A stretch of 64,000 nt of DNA from Aquirufa sp. (GTDB lineage: Bacteria > Bacteroidota > Bacteroidia > Cytophagales > Spirosomataceae), in contig JBIIGE010000001.1 of the NCBI GenBank assembly GCA_044236555.1, positions 669 through 64,668 on the forward strand, given 5' to 3'. Under the pieces are notes generated by a model. That model made no database searches. It had not been told where the DNA came from and was given only the letters and a program-made list of their open reading frames with translations. Made by a program: the position numbers and the translations under genes. Shown piece by piece: positions 37,840 through 47,559 of this stretch; position 1 is the first letter of the stretch, and every line of letters starts with the position of its first letter.

Positions 37840-37902
37840 AGGGTTGACCTAAAATTATTTCTTAAAACTACGAATTAAACTTATTACCTGACGGACTTTA
37901 TG

Positions 37903-37910
37903 TATTTTTG
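37903..37910 (+). promoter_or_regulatory. Sigma-A -7 element for fcl
   Basis: TATTTTTG upstream of fcl. Confidence 0.55.
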
Positions 37911-37944
37911 CAGGGATTTTTTGAGGCCTTAGTTGATTTATTCA

Positions 37945-38883
37945 TTGGAAAAAGAAGCAAAAATATATGTAGCAGGTCACCGCGGTATGGTGGGTTCAGC
38001 TATTGTACGAAAATTACAGCAGGAGGGTTATACGAACCTAGTACTGAAAACATCCGCAGAGTTAGACTTACGTGATCAGGTGAAAGTAGCGTCGTTTTTC
38101 GCCTCAGAAAAACCAGATTACGTCTTTTTAGCAGCAGCTAAAGTGGGCGGTATCGTTGCAAATAATACTTATCGGGCTGATTTTCTTTATGAAAATTTAG
38201 CCATTCAAAACAACATCATTCATTCTTCTTTTGTACATAAAGTAACGAAATTGATGTTCCTAGGATCGTCTTGTATTTACCCAAAACTAGCCCCACAGCC
38301 TCTTAAGGAGTCCTATTTATTAAGTGGTTATTTAGAAGAAACAAACGAGCCCTATGCCATCGCAAAAATTGCGGGTATAAAAATGTGCGAGGCTTACCGT
38401 GCACAATATGGCTGCGATTTCATTTCGGTGATGCCTACTAATTTGTATGGCCCTAATGATAATTATGATTTAGAAAATTCTCACGTTTTACCGGCCATGA
38501 TTCGGAAGTTTCATGAGGCCAAAGTGCAGGAAAAAGAATCAATGACGCTATGGGGTACGGGCGCTCCGATGCGTGAATTCTTACATGCGGATGATTTAGC
38601 GGAGGCCTGTGTTTACTTAATGGAAACTTATAGTGAGTCGGAGTTAGTGAATATCGGAACAGGAATCGATGTGACGATTAAGGAATTAGCCGAAACGGTA
38701 AAAGAAATCGTCGGGTTTTCAGGATCGATTCACTGGGATACAACGCGACCAGACGGGACTCCCCGTAAGTTAATGGATGTATCTAAATTGCATTCACTTG
38801 GCTGGAGCCATAAAATTGCGTTGAAAGAAGGAATCGCTTTAGCTTACCAAGATTTCTTAACTAATGTCAGTATTCGCAAATAA
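37945..38883 (+). CDS. fcl: GDP-L-fucose synthase
   Basis: [45 protein letters not shown] and REFLH.DD. Start is TTG at 37945 or 37933. Confidence 0.96.
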   Translation: MEKEAKIYVAGHRGMVGSAIVRKLQQEGYTNLVLKTSAELDLRDQVKVASFFASEKPDYVFLAAAKVGGIVANNTYRADFLYENLAIQNNIIHSSFVHKVTKLMFLGSSCIYPKLAPQPLKESYLLSGYLEETNEPYAIAKIAGIKMCEAYRAQYGCDFISVMPTNLYGPNDNYDLENSHVLPAMIRKFHEAKVQEKESMTLWGTGAPMREFLHADDLAEACVYLMETYSESELVNIGTGIDVTIKELAETVKEIVGFSGSIHWDTTRPDGTPRKLMDVSKLHSLGWSHKIALKEGIALAYQDFLTNVSIRK

Positions 38884-39620
38884 TGGAGGAGAAAGAATGG
38901 TTTAGTACCTGGTTTGATTCTCCTTATTACCATATTCTTTATGCGCAACGGGATGAGGATGAAGCAGCCGCATTTATAACCTTCCTGCAGAAAAAACTAG
39001 CCTTAACACCAGGTGCACGTGTATTGGATGCCGCTTGTGGCAAGGGGCGTCATGCCATCACATTAGAGCAATTAGGATTTTCGGTCGATGCGTTTGATTT
39101 ATCCACCGCAAATATTGAGTCTGCCACCGTTTTTGAGAACAAGAACTTACTTTTCTTCGTACATGATTTACGAGAGCCTTTGCCATTGCAAAATCAGTAC
39201 GATGCCATCTTTAATTTCTTCACCAGTTTTGGTTATTTTGACGATCAGCGTGATAACCAAAAAGCTTTTGATACCTTCTCTGGGGGCCTGAAAGTAGGGG
39301 GATTGTTAGTAGTCGATTTTTTCAATCCCACCTATGTCCTAGCGAATTTAGTGCCATCTGAAATAGTGGAATCCCAAGGAATTTCATTCCGGATCAAGCG
39401 CTGGTCAGACGAAGGGTATTTGTATAAATCTATTGAATTTACTGACCAAGGAAAGCAATATTCCTTTTTGGAAAAAGTAGAATTAGTCGCAAAAAACGAC
39501 TTCATTTCTTATGCAGCGAAATCAGGCCTAAGTCTTGTGGATTTAAAAGGCGACTATAACTTATCTGAATTTAATGAGTTAGAGTCGCCTCGTATGATCT
39601 TTATTTGGGCAAAGAAGTAA
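38883..39620 (+). CDS. Class I SAM-dependent methyltransferase
   Basis: WF..WFDSPYYHILY..RD, VLDAACGKGRH and NFFTSFGYF. Confidence 0.92.
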   Translation: MEEKEWFSTWFDSPYYHILYAQRDEDEAAAFITFLQKKLALTPGARVLDAACGKGRHAITLEQLGFSVDAFDLSTANIESATVFENKNLLFFVHDLREPLPLQNQYDAIFNFFTSFGYFDDQRDNQKAFDTFSGGLKVGGLLVVDFFNPTYVLANLVPSEIVESQGISFRIKRWSDEGYLYKSIEFTDQGKQYSFLEKVELVAKNDFISYAAKSGLSLVDLKGDYNLSEFNELESPRMIFIWAKK

Positions 39621-39621
39621 A

Positions 39622-42600
39622 TTAGTTCTTCTGGAACTTAATAGAAGCCTCTCCATCTAGTTCAGGGAAGCTAATCACGTAATTTCCAGCCGGAAGTAAA
39701 GAGATATTCACGGTTAATTTATTATCTCTTCTCTCTACTCTACTATCTCTAATCTCCTTACCCTGCATATCACTAATGCGAATCCGGTATTTGCTTGCAT
39801 TAAACTTACTTGGCATACCGATATGCAACACATCTTGAGCTGGATTAGGGAAGGCATAAAGCGTGGCATAAGGATTATCTGCTGTAGCAGAAAGAATTGC
39901 TACAGTGAAAGAGGCAGTGACAACACAACCATTTGAATCCTTTAATCTTACTTTATATACTCCGTTCGCCGTAGGCTTGTAGGTAGTGGCTGTCGCCCCA
40001 GTGATCGCCACATCATTTAAAAACCATTGAATATCGGTTCCGGCTGAAGTGGTTAAAGTTCCTTGATTGAAAGTTATCAAAGGTTCTTGTGGGTTAGCGA
40101 CCGTAATCGTCGATGCGGGTGATACAACAGGACAAATTCCATTAAAGCTCGAATTTAACGTATAGGCTCCTGAAGTGGTGACATCTAGTTTATTTGTGGT
40201 CGCCCCTGCGATGGCGGATCCATTTTTAAACCATTGGAAGACTGGCGTTCCAGAGGCTGGCGTTCCGGTTAAGGTGATTTTGTCACCTGCACAAATTGTA
40301 GATGCCCCCGTTGGACTTACACTTACTACTGGACTGGTGCCTGTGGTTACATTTACAGGCACTCTCGGGCTTGGGCAGGCAAACGATTTGAACTTCATAT
40401 CGTATAAATAGTAATAAGCCGATTGAATGGGAGCTCCATTAAATAGCGCACCTGTAAGGCTAATTACACCCGGAATGGAATATGGATAACCAATATTCGT
40501 AGGAGCATTCACTGTGTCAGCTAATGTTCGATTACTACGGAAAATAGAGGCACCATTTGAGCAAACGTGGGATAAAACATAGTTACCTGCCTTAGGGAAG
40601 GGAAGGTTAAGGATGACTCTTTGGCCTGGATCCGTTTTATCATCGATTAATTGACTGCTTACCGTTGTGCTGTTTGCCGTAGTTCGCGTTCCATTTAAAT
40701 CCTTGGTGACAGAGGCAATTAATTCTCCTGTGTCTTTATCAAAAATACCAAAGGTAACCGTTCCTGAAGTACCCATGTAGACTATAGCTGATTCTAATAT
40801 AGTCGGTTGAGTAACTACGAAAATAGGTTCAGGGCCAAAATTATTAAAATAACTACCCGACCCAAACGCCGCTTTCGAGGTAGGTCCCAGGGTGGTATTT
40901 AAGTTATTAAATGCAGCGAAAAAGGTTCCAGAGGATGGGGTCTTGAAGGTAGTGCCTGCACCTAACAAGGTGTTTCCGTTGTACCACAAAGGGCTTCCAT
41001 TGCTCGCTTCTAAACTTAATTCAGTCGCACCGCTACAAATAGTTCCTGTCACAATTGGGGCTGCTGGACTCTCTATTACTTTCGTTGTGGTGAATACATC
41101 GTTCAATAAGTTTTGATCACCGGTTAATTGTGTTTTTAGCTCGAAAGAATAGCTGTTTCCTGCGACTAAAGTTGCATTTCCAGTTAAATTCACATCAATT
41201 TCCCTGCCAGATGCGAGAGAGGTTATTGTGCCAGTTGCCGTTCCTACAAGGGTAGAACCGGATTTTATATCTAACACTACCGGAACATTGGTCTGAGTTA
41301 ACGAACCTACATTTCTAACTTTAGCTAGGAAACTTGTTGAACCAGTACTTGCACAAAATCCAGAGGTGAGTTGAGCGACGGAAACAGCCGTAAAGTCTTT
41401 TGATGCTTGCAGTATTTGCAAGGCGTAATCCTTGGTTTCACCTGAATTAATCGTTCCACAAGACGGTGCAGATCCTGAACCATTTTCGGCTACCCATCTT
41501 ATGCGGTAAAAGTTGTCTTGCTTGAGTGTGCTAGGTATAGAAATGGTGTTCAAATTAGAGGTGGAATTATACAATTCTTCTCCTGAATCGATAAAATCAC
41601 CATCTTGATTCCAGTCCGCATATAGGCGAATTTGTTTAGATCCTGTACCTGTAAAATCAAATTTAACAGGTAAGGATGCTCCTAATTCCGCTGTAAAGGC
41701 AGGATTTAATCCAGTAGAATCTTTTGAGGATCCTAAAGTGAATTTCTGGAAATTAGCCGTTTTTGTATTAGGGGCTAAAGCGCAATAGGTTGTCCCGCCT
41801 ACGCCTGATACCGCTAAACCAAAATTTTGACTACTATTCTTTAAATTACCTTTGTGACTTACTGTTAGGGTAAAGGTCTGGCCAGGCATCGTGTTATTAA
41901 CTAGAATTTGTTCCACATTGTCTCGAATATTGTCCCCTGGAACAGCTAAAGCGGCTGGGGTATCCGGATTTAATGTAAATGGAAGGAACGTGGTAGAACC
42001 ACTTGTTATTCGAATGTCTAAATCGTTTACTAATCGAGGTGTACGGTCATTCAAAGCGGACGACGTCGATGCTTCCGGGTCAGTCCAAGCAATAGTCGCT
42101 TTTAATGGGCCATTACCGGAACTCGTCAGTGTGTAGGTTTTAGTTTGGCCTTGATTTAAAATTTCCTCCTTTAAAATATGGGAATTTCCTTCATTTCGTA
42201 CTAAGGCTGCAGCTTTATCAATTTGAATGAGTCCAAAACCTGTTTTATAGTCAGGTCCAGCAACCTCCATATCTAAAGCCGTATGTATCGCGACTGTCTT
42301 TAGCGTAGATGCTAACATGTAGGTATTTTTATTCAAACGCCCGAATAATTGCTGAATTAAGTATAAGGAACCAGACGCTTGCGGAGAGGCCATGGAGGTA
42401 CCACTTTTTGTGCTGTACGATTTATCATCCGCGCTACCCGTAGAGAACATACTCGTTCCTATTGCCATGACATCGGGCTTTATTCTCCCGTCGTCAGTGG
42501 GCCCCCAGCTGGTGAAGCTGGAAATGCTTAGATCAGCTGCCTTTGTTGGAATTAAGGATGATATAGTCGCTGCTCCTACCGTTAGGATATTTTTAGCAGT

Positions 42601-43494
42601 TCCTGAGGTGGATATAATATCGTATCCATCATTTTTTGCTCTGGCTATATTAGAGGAGTCGGTAGTTGAACGTAATAAATAGTATTCTCCTGCCGCCGGA
42701 CCGTTTTGATTTCGGCTATTTCCCGCAGATTTTACAATTAAATAGGAGGGAGCATTAAAGGCAATTCGATCCCAGGTTTGCGTGTTTGCATCATATAAAC
42801 CAAACTTGACATCTTCGTTTTGACTAACCGCATCATTTCCCCACCATTGCCATTTTTTCTTCGTTTCATCGTAGATCCATCCCGCTTGATATCCATAGGA
42901 GTGGTTACTGATTAAGAGTGAGGTGGAGGCGGTACTCATCTCCGAGTTGTCATTAGTAAAGTCCCAAAACTTCATATCTGCCGCATAGGCCATTCCTTTC
43001 GCTGATGGGCTAATACCGCTTGCAACTAAAGTTCCAGCCACATGGGTAGCATGATCACTCAGGGAAGAGGTTGTTTGGGCTGCCGTAACTCTGTTGCCAA
43101 ATTCTTGGTGGGTTGATAATACCCCACCACCATCCCACATCCCTAATTTACCTAGAAGCGAATCGGATTTACCTGTGAGTCCTAAATTCAAAGATCCGCC
43201 AGGGTATAACAGGTTGGTTCTAGTCATTTTGGCGGCCTGTTCATTAGAATCAGTCGTTAAATACAATGCTTCGCCTATTTCAGAGAACCCTTGGAATTGC
43301 AGCGACTTGTCTTTTCCTAAATCTACATGAAGTGGAATGCCTTTTTTTTTCGCCAAAGCTTGATTGCCTTGGAAAATAGAATCTTGTTGAATAGCCATTC
43401 GTAAGGCGCGTTCGTTTCTAAACGACACTTGGCCTAACGTGGAATAGCTAAGTAAGAAAAGGAGTAGTATACGTATTTTCATATTCGGCAACAA
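39622..43494 (-). CDS. S8 subtilisin-like serine peptidase with GEVED/CARDB/Ig-like domains and T9SS C-terminal sorting domain
   Basis: Catalytic triad in WDGGGV, HATHVAGT and GTSMASP; SSWGPTDDGRIKPD-like motif; ADWNQDGDF..GETKDY; CTD LYAFPNPA..GNYVI..KFQKN. Confidence 0.93.
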   Translation of the reverse strand: MLPNMKIRILLLFLLSYSTLGQVSFRNERALRMAIQQDSIFQGNQALAKKKGIPLHVDLGKDKSLQFQGFSEIGEALYLTTDSNEQAAKMTRTNLLYPGGSLNLGLTGKSDSLLGKLGMWDGGGVLSTHQEFGNRVTAAQTTSSLSDHATHVAGTLVASGISPSAKGMAYAADMKFWDFTNDNSEMSTASTSLLISNHSYGYQAGWIYDETKKKWQWWGNDAVSQNEDVKFGLYDANTQTWDRIAFNAPSYLIVKSAGNSRNQNGPAAGEYYLLRSTTDSSNIARAKNDGYDIISTSGTAKNILTVGAATISSLIPTKAADLSISSFTSWGPTDDGRIKPDVMAIGTSMFSTGSADDKSYSTKSGTSMASPQASGSLYLIQQLFGRLNKNTYMLASTLKTVAIHTALDMEVAGPDYKTGFGLIQIDKAAALVRNEGNSHILKEEILNQGQTKTYTLTSSGNGPLKATIAWTDPEASTSSALNDRTPRLVNDLDIRITSGSTTFLPFTLNPDTPAALAVPGDNIRDNVEQILVNNTMPGQTFTLTVSHKGNLKNSSQNFGLAVSGVGGTTYCALAPNTKTANFQKFTLGSSKDSTGLNPAFTAELGASLPVKFDFTGTGSKQIRLYADWNQDGDFIDSGEELYNSTSNLNTISIPSTLKQDNFYRIRWVAENGSGSAPSCGTINSGETKDYALQILQASKDFTAVSVAQLTSGFCASTGSTSFLAKVRNVGSLTQTNVPVVLDIKSGSTLVGTATGTITSLASGREIDVNLTGNATLVAGNSYSFELKTQLTGDQNLLNDVFTTTKVIESPAAPIVTGTICSGATELSLEASNGSPLWYNGNTLLGAGTTFKTPSSGTFFAAFNNLNTTLGPTSKAAFGSGSYFNNFGPEPIFVVTQPTILESAIVYMGTSGTVTFGIFDKDTGELIASVTKDLNGTRTTANSTTVSSQLIDDKTDPGQRVILNLPFPKAGNYVLSHVCSNGASIFRSNRTLADTVNAPTNIGYPYSIPGVISLTGALFNGAPIQSAYYYLYDMKFKSFACPSPRVPVNVTTGTSPVVSVSPTGASTICAGDKITLTGTPASGTPVFQWFKNGSAIAGATTNKLDVTTSGAYTLNSSFNGICPVVSPASTITVANPQEPLITFNQGTLTTSAGTDIQWFLNDVAITGATATTYKPTANGVYKVRLKDSNGCVVTASFTVAILSATADNPYATLYAFPNPAQDVLHIGMPSKFNASKYRIRISDMQGKEIRDSRVERRDNKLTVNISLLPAGNYVISFPELDGEASIKFQKN

Positions 43495-43503
43495 TTTACA
43501 TAA

Positions 43504-44091
43504 TTATTTGATTTCTACCTTAAACGTTTTTCGATGAAGTATTGTTAGACCATTTTCTAGAATAGCCTTTCGGTGTTGAAGCGTAGGGTACCCCGCATTT
43601 CGTTCCCAACCATAACCAGGATGTTCTATGGCTGCTTTTTCCATGATTTCGTCTCGATGTGTTTTGGCCAAAATAGAGGCTGCCGCTATCGAGAAATATT
43701 TTGAGTCCCCTTTCACTATACACGTATGCGGTATCAACGGGTAGCTATAAAAGCGATTCCCATCTACTAATAAATGCTCCGGCCGATGCTTTAATTGATC
43801 TACTGCCAGGTGCATCGCTAAAATACTAGATTTTAAAATATTTATTTCATCAATTTTTGCCGCTTCCACCTCCGCAATCGCAAAATCGACGGCATACTCC
43901 CGCACTAGACGTTTTAATTCATTTCGCTGACGCAAAGTCATCTGCTTCGAATCTGTCAAGAACGGATGGTGAAAGTCACGCGGTAAAATCACGGCCGCTG
44001 CCACGACTGGACCAGCTAAACAACCTCTCCCTGCTTCATCTAAGCCGGCTTCTAGTCCGATAGGGGAATAAAAGGGGAGGAGTGCGGCCAT
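43504..44091 (-). CDS. rnhB: Ribonuclease HII
   Basis: AGLDEAGRGCLAGPV, DSK, VDGN, KGD..SIAAASILAK and GYPT..H. ATG at 44091. Confidence 0.97.
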   Translation of the reverse strand: MAALLPFYSPIGLEAGLDEAGRGCLAGPVVAAAVILPRDFHHPFLTDSKQMTLRQRNELKRLVREYAVDFAIAEVEAAKIDEINILKSSILAMHLAVDQLKHRPEHLLVDGNRFYSYPLIPHTCIVKGDSKYFSIAAASILAKTHRDEIMEKAAIEHPGYGWERNAGYPTLQHRKAILENGLTILHRKTFKVEIK

Positions 44092-44092
44092 T

Positions 44093-45430
44093 TTATCGGT
44101 TAAATAACAAGCGTTTCCCTTTCTTACTTTCATCAAAAGAACCTTTAGAATAAGCTAAATGTCCTGAAACGAAAGTATGTTCCACTGAAGCGGATAGGGT
44201 TTGTCCTTCTAGGGGAGACCAGCCACATTGATAGAGGATATTCTCTTTTGAAACGAAAGTAGATGTATTCAAATCAACAATCGCTAAATCCGCCCAATAT
44301 CCTTCGCGAATATAGCCGCGCTCTTCGATTTGGAAGCAATCTGCTACTGCATGTGCGGTTTTTTCGGCGATAAGCTCGAGGCTGATGTGACCTTCTTTGG
44401 CCAAATCAATCATCAATAACAAGGGATGCTGTACTAATGGCAAACCCGATGGGGCCTTCCAAAATTCCTGCGATTTCTCCTCCCAAGTGTGTGGCGCATG
44501 ATCCGTGGCGATAATATCCAATTCACCGGACACCAAAGCCTTTCGCAAAGCTGTTTTGTGACGCGCGTCTTTAATCGCTGGATTACATTTAATCTGATTG
44601 CCTAAGTTGTCATATTGCGACGCATCGAACCACAAATGGTGCACGCAAACCTCTGCCGTAATCTTTTTATCTTTCACCGCTTTCCCTGTTTCAAACAAGG
44701 CTAATTCCTCTTCTGTCGAAATATGCAAGATGTGCAAACGGGTATTGTTTTTCTTCGCTAAATCCACTGCCATAGAAGAAGAAAGGTAACAAGCTTCTTC
44801 ATTTCTGACTAACGGATGTATGTAGGCGGGTGCGTTTTCCGGGTATCTTTCCTTGAAAAGTTCAGTGCGTGCCCGTACCGTTGCTTCGTCTTCGCAGTGC
44901 GTGGCAATCAACATTTCACAACTCGAAAATAATTTCTCTAAGGTTTGAGCATTATCTACGAGCATATTGCCGGTAGACGAACCCATGAAGATTTTTACTC
45001 CACAAACATCGCGGGGGTTAGTCTTTAACACCTCCTCTAAATTGTCGTTGCCCGCTCCCATAAAAAAGGAGTAGTTTGCCAAAGATCCTTTCGCCGCAAT
45101 CTCGTATTTATCCGCTAACAATTCCTGTGTTAATGCGTTAGGAACTGTGTTAGGCATCTCCATAAAACTAGTTACTCCACCCGCTACGGCCGCACGTGCT
45201 TCACTAGCAATGGTAGCTTTGTGAGTTAAACCAGGCTCTCTGAAATGGACCTGATCATCTATCATACCCGGGAAAATATGTTTCCCAGTTAGGTCTAAAA
45301 CCACCTCTCCCGGAGCAGGACTAATTTCGGATGCTATTTTAGCAATTCTACCGTCAGCGATTCGGAGATCCGCCTGGATAATTGCACCCTCATTAACTAA
45401 TTGGGCATTTTTTAAAACGTAATTAGTCAT
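44093..45430 (-). CDS. pyrC: Dihydroorotase (type I-like)
   Basis: PGMIDDQVHFREPG, EMPNT, HCEDE, KCNPAIK and ATDHAPH. Confidence 0.9.
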   Translation of the reverse strand: MTNYVLKNAQLVNEGAIIQADLRIADGRIAKIASEISPAPGEVVLDLTGKHIFPGMIDDQVHFREPGLTHKATIASEARAAVAGGVTSFMEMPNTVPNALTQELLADKYEIAAKGSLANYSFFMGAGNDNLEEVLKTNPRDVCGVKIFMGSSTGNMLVDNAQTLEKLFSSCEMLIATHCEDEATVRARTELFKERYPENAPAYIHPLVRNEEACYLSSSMAVDLAKKNNTRLHILHISTEEELALFETGKAVKDKKITAEVCVHHLWFDASQYDNLGNQIKCNPAIKDARHKTALRKALVSGELDIIATDHAPHTWEEKSQEFWKAPSGLPLVQHPLLLMIDLAKEGHISLELIAEKTAHAVADCFQIEERGYIREGYWADLAIVDLNTSTFVSKENILYQCGWSPLEGQTLSASVEHTFVSGHLAYSKGSFDESKKGKRLLFNR

Positions 45431-47429
45431 TTAGGTCGGTGATTTTAAATTCTGTTCGGCGGTTTTCTTGGTGGGCCTCTTCGCTACAGTCAACTCCATC
45501 AGAACAGCCGTTGATGAGTTGCGTTTCTCCATAGCCTTTGGCTTTGATTCTCGCAGCTTCAATTCCGTGTTCGATGATATATCTAACAGCGGACTCCGCT
45601 CTTCTTTGAGATAATTTCAAGTTATAGCTCGCACTAGCGCGCGCATCGGTGTGAGAACCTAATTCGATTGAAATGTTTGGATTGTCTTTTAATACCTGTA
45701 CGATTTTGTCTAATTCAGCCGCCGCATCTGGACGAATATTCGATTTGTCTAAATCATAATAAATAGGATTTACTTCAAATAAGGCCCCTATTTCATCCCC
45801 GATTTCAGCCTGACTCAAGATAATTTTATGGTCAAAAGTCGTATCTGTTAATTCTTTCTTCAATAATTGCTTCGGAATCTCTCTTCCATCCATCAGGAAT
45901 TCGCTACGCTTGGTCAGGAATTTTTCCTTGCTGGCGTTGAAGCTAATTTGATCGGCTGGATTTAAGTCCATGATCTCTAGGTAGCCTTCCGCATCACTAA
46001 ATTGAACGGGTTGAATTTCCCCATTGCGTTTGACCCCTACTTTTGCATTAGCAATTGGCTTATTGCGGGCATTGACAATTTGCGTTCTTAAATGGTATAG
46101 GGCCACTTTTGCAGGCTCAACACTCTCTGTAATCGTAATTTCATTCGACCACCAGCGATCTTCTGAACCCGTAGACTCGAAATAATAAATATCATCATCC
46201 CCTTTTCCTCCTACCCGATTTGAGCTAAAATAGCCTTGGGTAACATCCGATAAAAACAACCCAAAATCATCCCCCACCGAATTAACCGGCACGCCCAAAT
46301 GTTCAATTTGAATTTCATCTCCACTGCGACTAGCCACAAAAATATCTAAACCACCTAAGCTAGGGTGGCCATCCGATGAGAAATAGAGTTTACCATCTTC
46401 GGAGACATAAGGGAAGATTTCATTGCCACGCGTATTGATGGTAGAACCTAAATTGATCGGTCTTCCAAATCGTCCTGAATTATCCATCGGAGCACGATAT
46501 AAATCCAATCCGCCTTTTCCCCCTCTTCGATTCGAAGCAAAATACAAGGTTTTTCCATCTCTAGAGAACGCTGGACTACCATCCCAACCAATGGAATCAG
46601 AGATTGCTAAACGCTCGGGGGTAGACCAACCGCCATCTCTTTTGGTAGAAATGTATAAATCAACATCGGGAGAAAGGTCTTTGCTTTTCCCCGTATTTCC
46701 GCGCGCAAAAACCATCATATTGCCATCTTTCGAAAAAGCGGGAGTTCCTTCGTTCGCATTCGCCTCCAATAAATTCGGGCTAAATAACTCCAGTTTCTCT
46801 ATTTCGCCTGGACTTTTAAGACGTGCCTTGTATAAACCTAAATAGGGCAAACCATTGTTTTTGTAAATCAAGGGTTTCTTCGAACTCGTTAAAATCAGTT
46901 CATCCCCCATTTTAATCGGGCCAAATTCTGCCTGATTCGTATTTCCTACTAAACCTTGAATCTTGACCGGACTTGGCTTTTTAGTGTATTCCTCCACCGC
47001 GGGCAAATTCTCTAATTCAATTTCGGCCTTCACCACTAGTTCACGTGAGGGTTTAGAATCAATAAACTCTTTCAGGTATTTACGTGCATCCGCATACTTT
47101 CCATTCGCTTTAGAGGCGTAGGCTAGATTTAAATTAATGTTTTTGTCTAGGTTTCCTTTCTCTTTAGCAATCAAATAAAAAGGCGTTGCATATTGAATGC
47201 GATTCGATAGACGATATGATTCAGCGACAAAATAATTGGTTTCTGCTGCGCGGTAGTAGCGTTGTGCTAAGGGTTTTACTTCCCTTATTGTCCACTCATA
47301 TTCCCCTAACTCGAAGTTTTGTTTGGCTTTTTTGAATAATCGCGCGTCATAATTACAACTGCTTACAAGGCTCGCAATTGCTAATAGTAAGAGGTAAACG
47401 CTTGAATTGAATGGCTTTACGAATTTCAT
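45423..47429 (-). CDS. TPR/PD40 beta-propeller/OmpA-family lipoprotein (PorE-like)
   Basis: Lipobox VSS-C; TPR-like N-terminus; PD40 repeats (PAFSRDGKTLYFASNR.GG.GG.D); OmpA domain (IELGSHTD..YNLKLSQRRA..GYGE..NRRTEF). Confidence 0.9.
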   Translation of the reverse strand: MKFVKPFNSSVYLLLLAIASLVSSCNYDARLFKKAKQNFELGEYEWTIREVKPLAQRYYRAAETNYFVAESYRLSNRIQYATPFYLIAKEKGNLDKNINLNLAYASKANGKYADARKYLKEFIDSKPSRELVVKAEIELENLPAVEEYTKKPSPVKIQGLVGNTNQAEFGPIKMGDELILTSSKKPLIYKNNGLPYLGLYKARLKSPGEIEKLELFSPNLLEANANEGTPAFSKDGNMMVFARGNTGKSKDLSPDVDLYISTKRDGGWSTPERLAISDSIGWDGSPAFSRDGKTLYFASNRRGGKGGLDLYRAPMDNSGRFGRPINLGSTINTRGNEIFPYVSEDGKLYFSSDGHPSLGGLDIFVASRSGDEIQIEHLGVPVNSVGDDFGLFLSDVTQGYFSSNRVGGKGDDDIYYFESTGSEDRWWSNEITITESVEPAKVALYHLRTQIVNARNKPIANAKVGVKRNGEIQPVQFSDAEGYLEIMDLNPADQISFNASKEKFLTKRSEFLMDGREIPKQLLKKELTDTTFDHKIILSQAEIGDEIGALFEVNPIYYDLDKSNIRPDAAAELDKIVQVLKDNPNISIELGSHTDARASASYNLKLSQRRAESAVRYIIEHGIEAARIKAKGYGETQLINGCSDGVDCSEEAHQENRRTEFKITDLND

Positions 47430-47477
47430 ATGTGGCTAATCTTACGTAAATGTAAATACAAACCCGATTAATTTATG

Positions 47478-47485
47478 TACCTTTG
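47478..47485 (+). promoter_or_regulatory. Sigma-A -7 element for the pseudouridine synthase gene
   Basis: TACCTTTG. Confidence 0.65.
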
Positions 47486-47559
47486 CCTAAATTTCGACAA
47501 TCGAAAGCAAGATGACAAACGTTCGTCGTCTTTTATTCCAGCAGTGATGTTGTACAACC

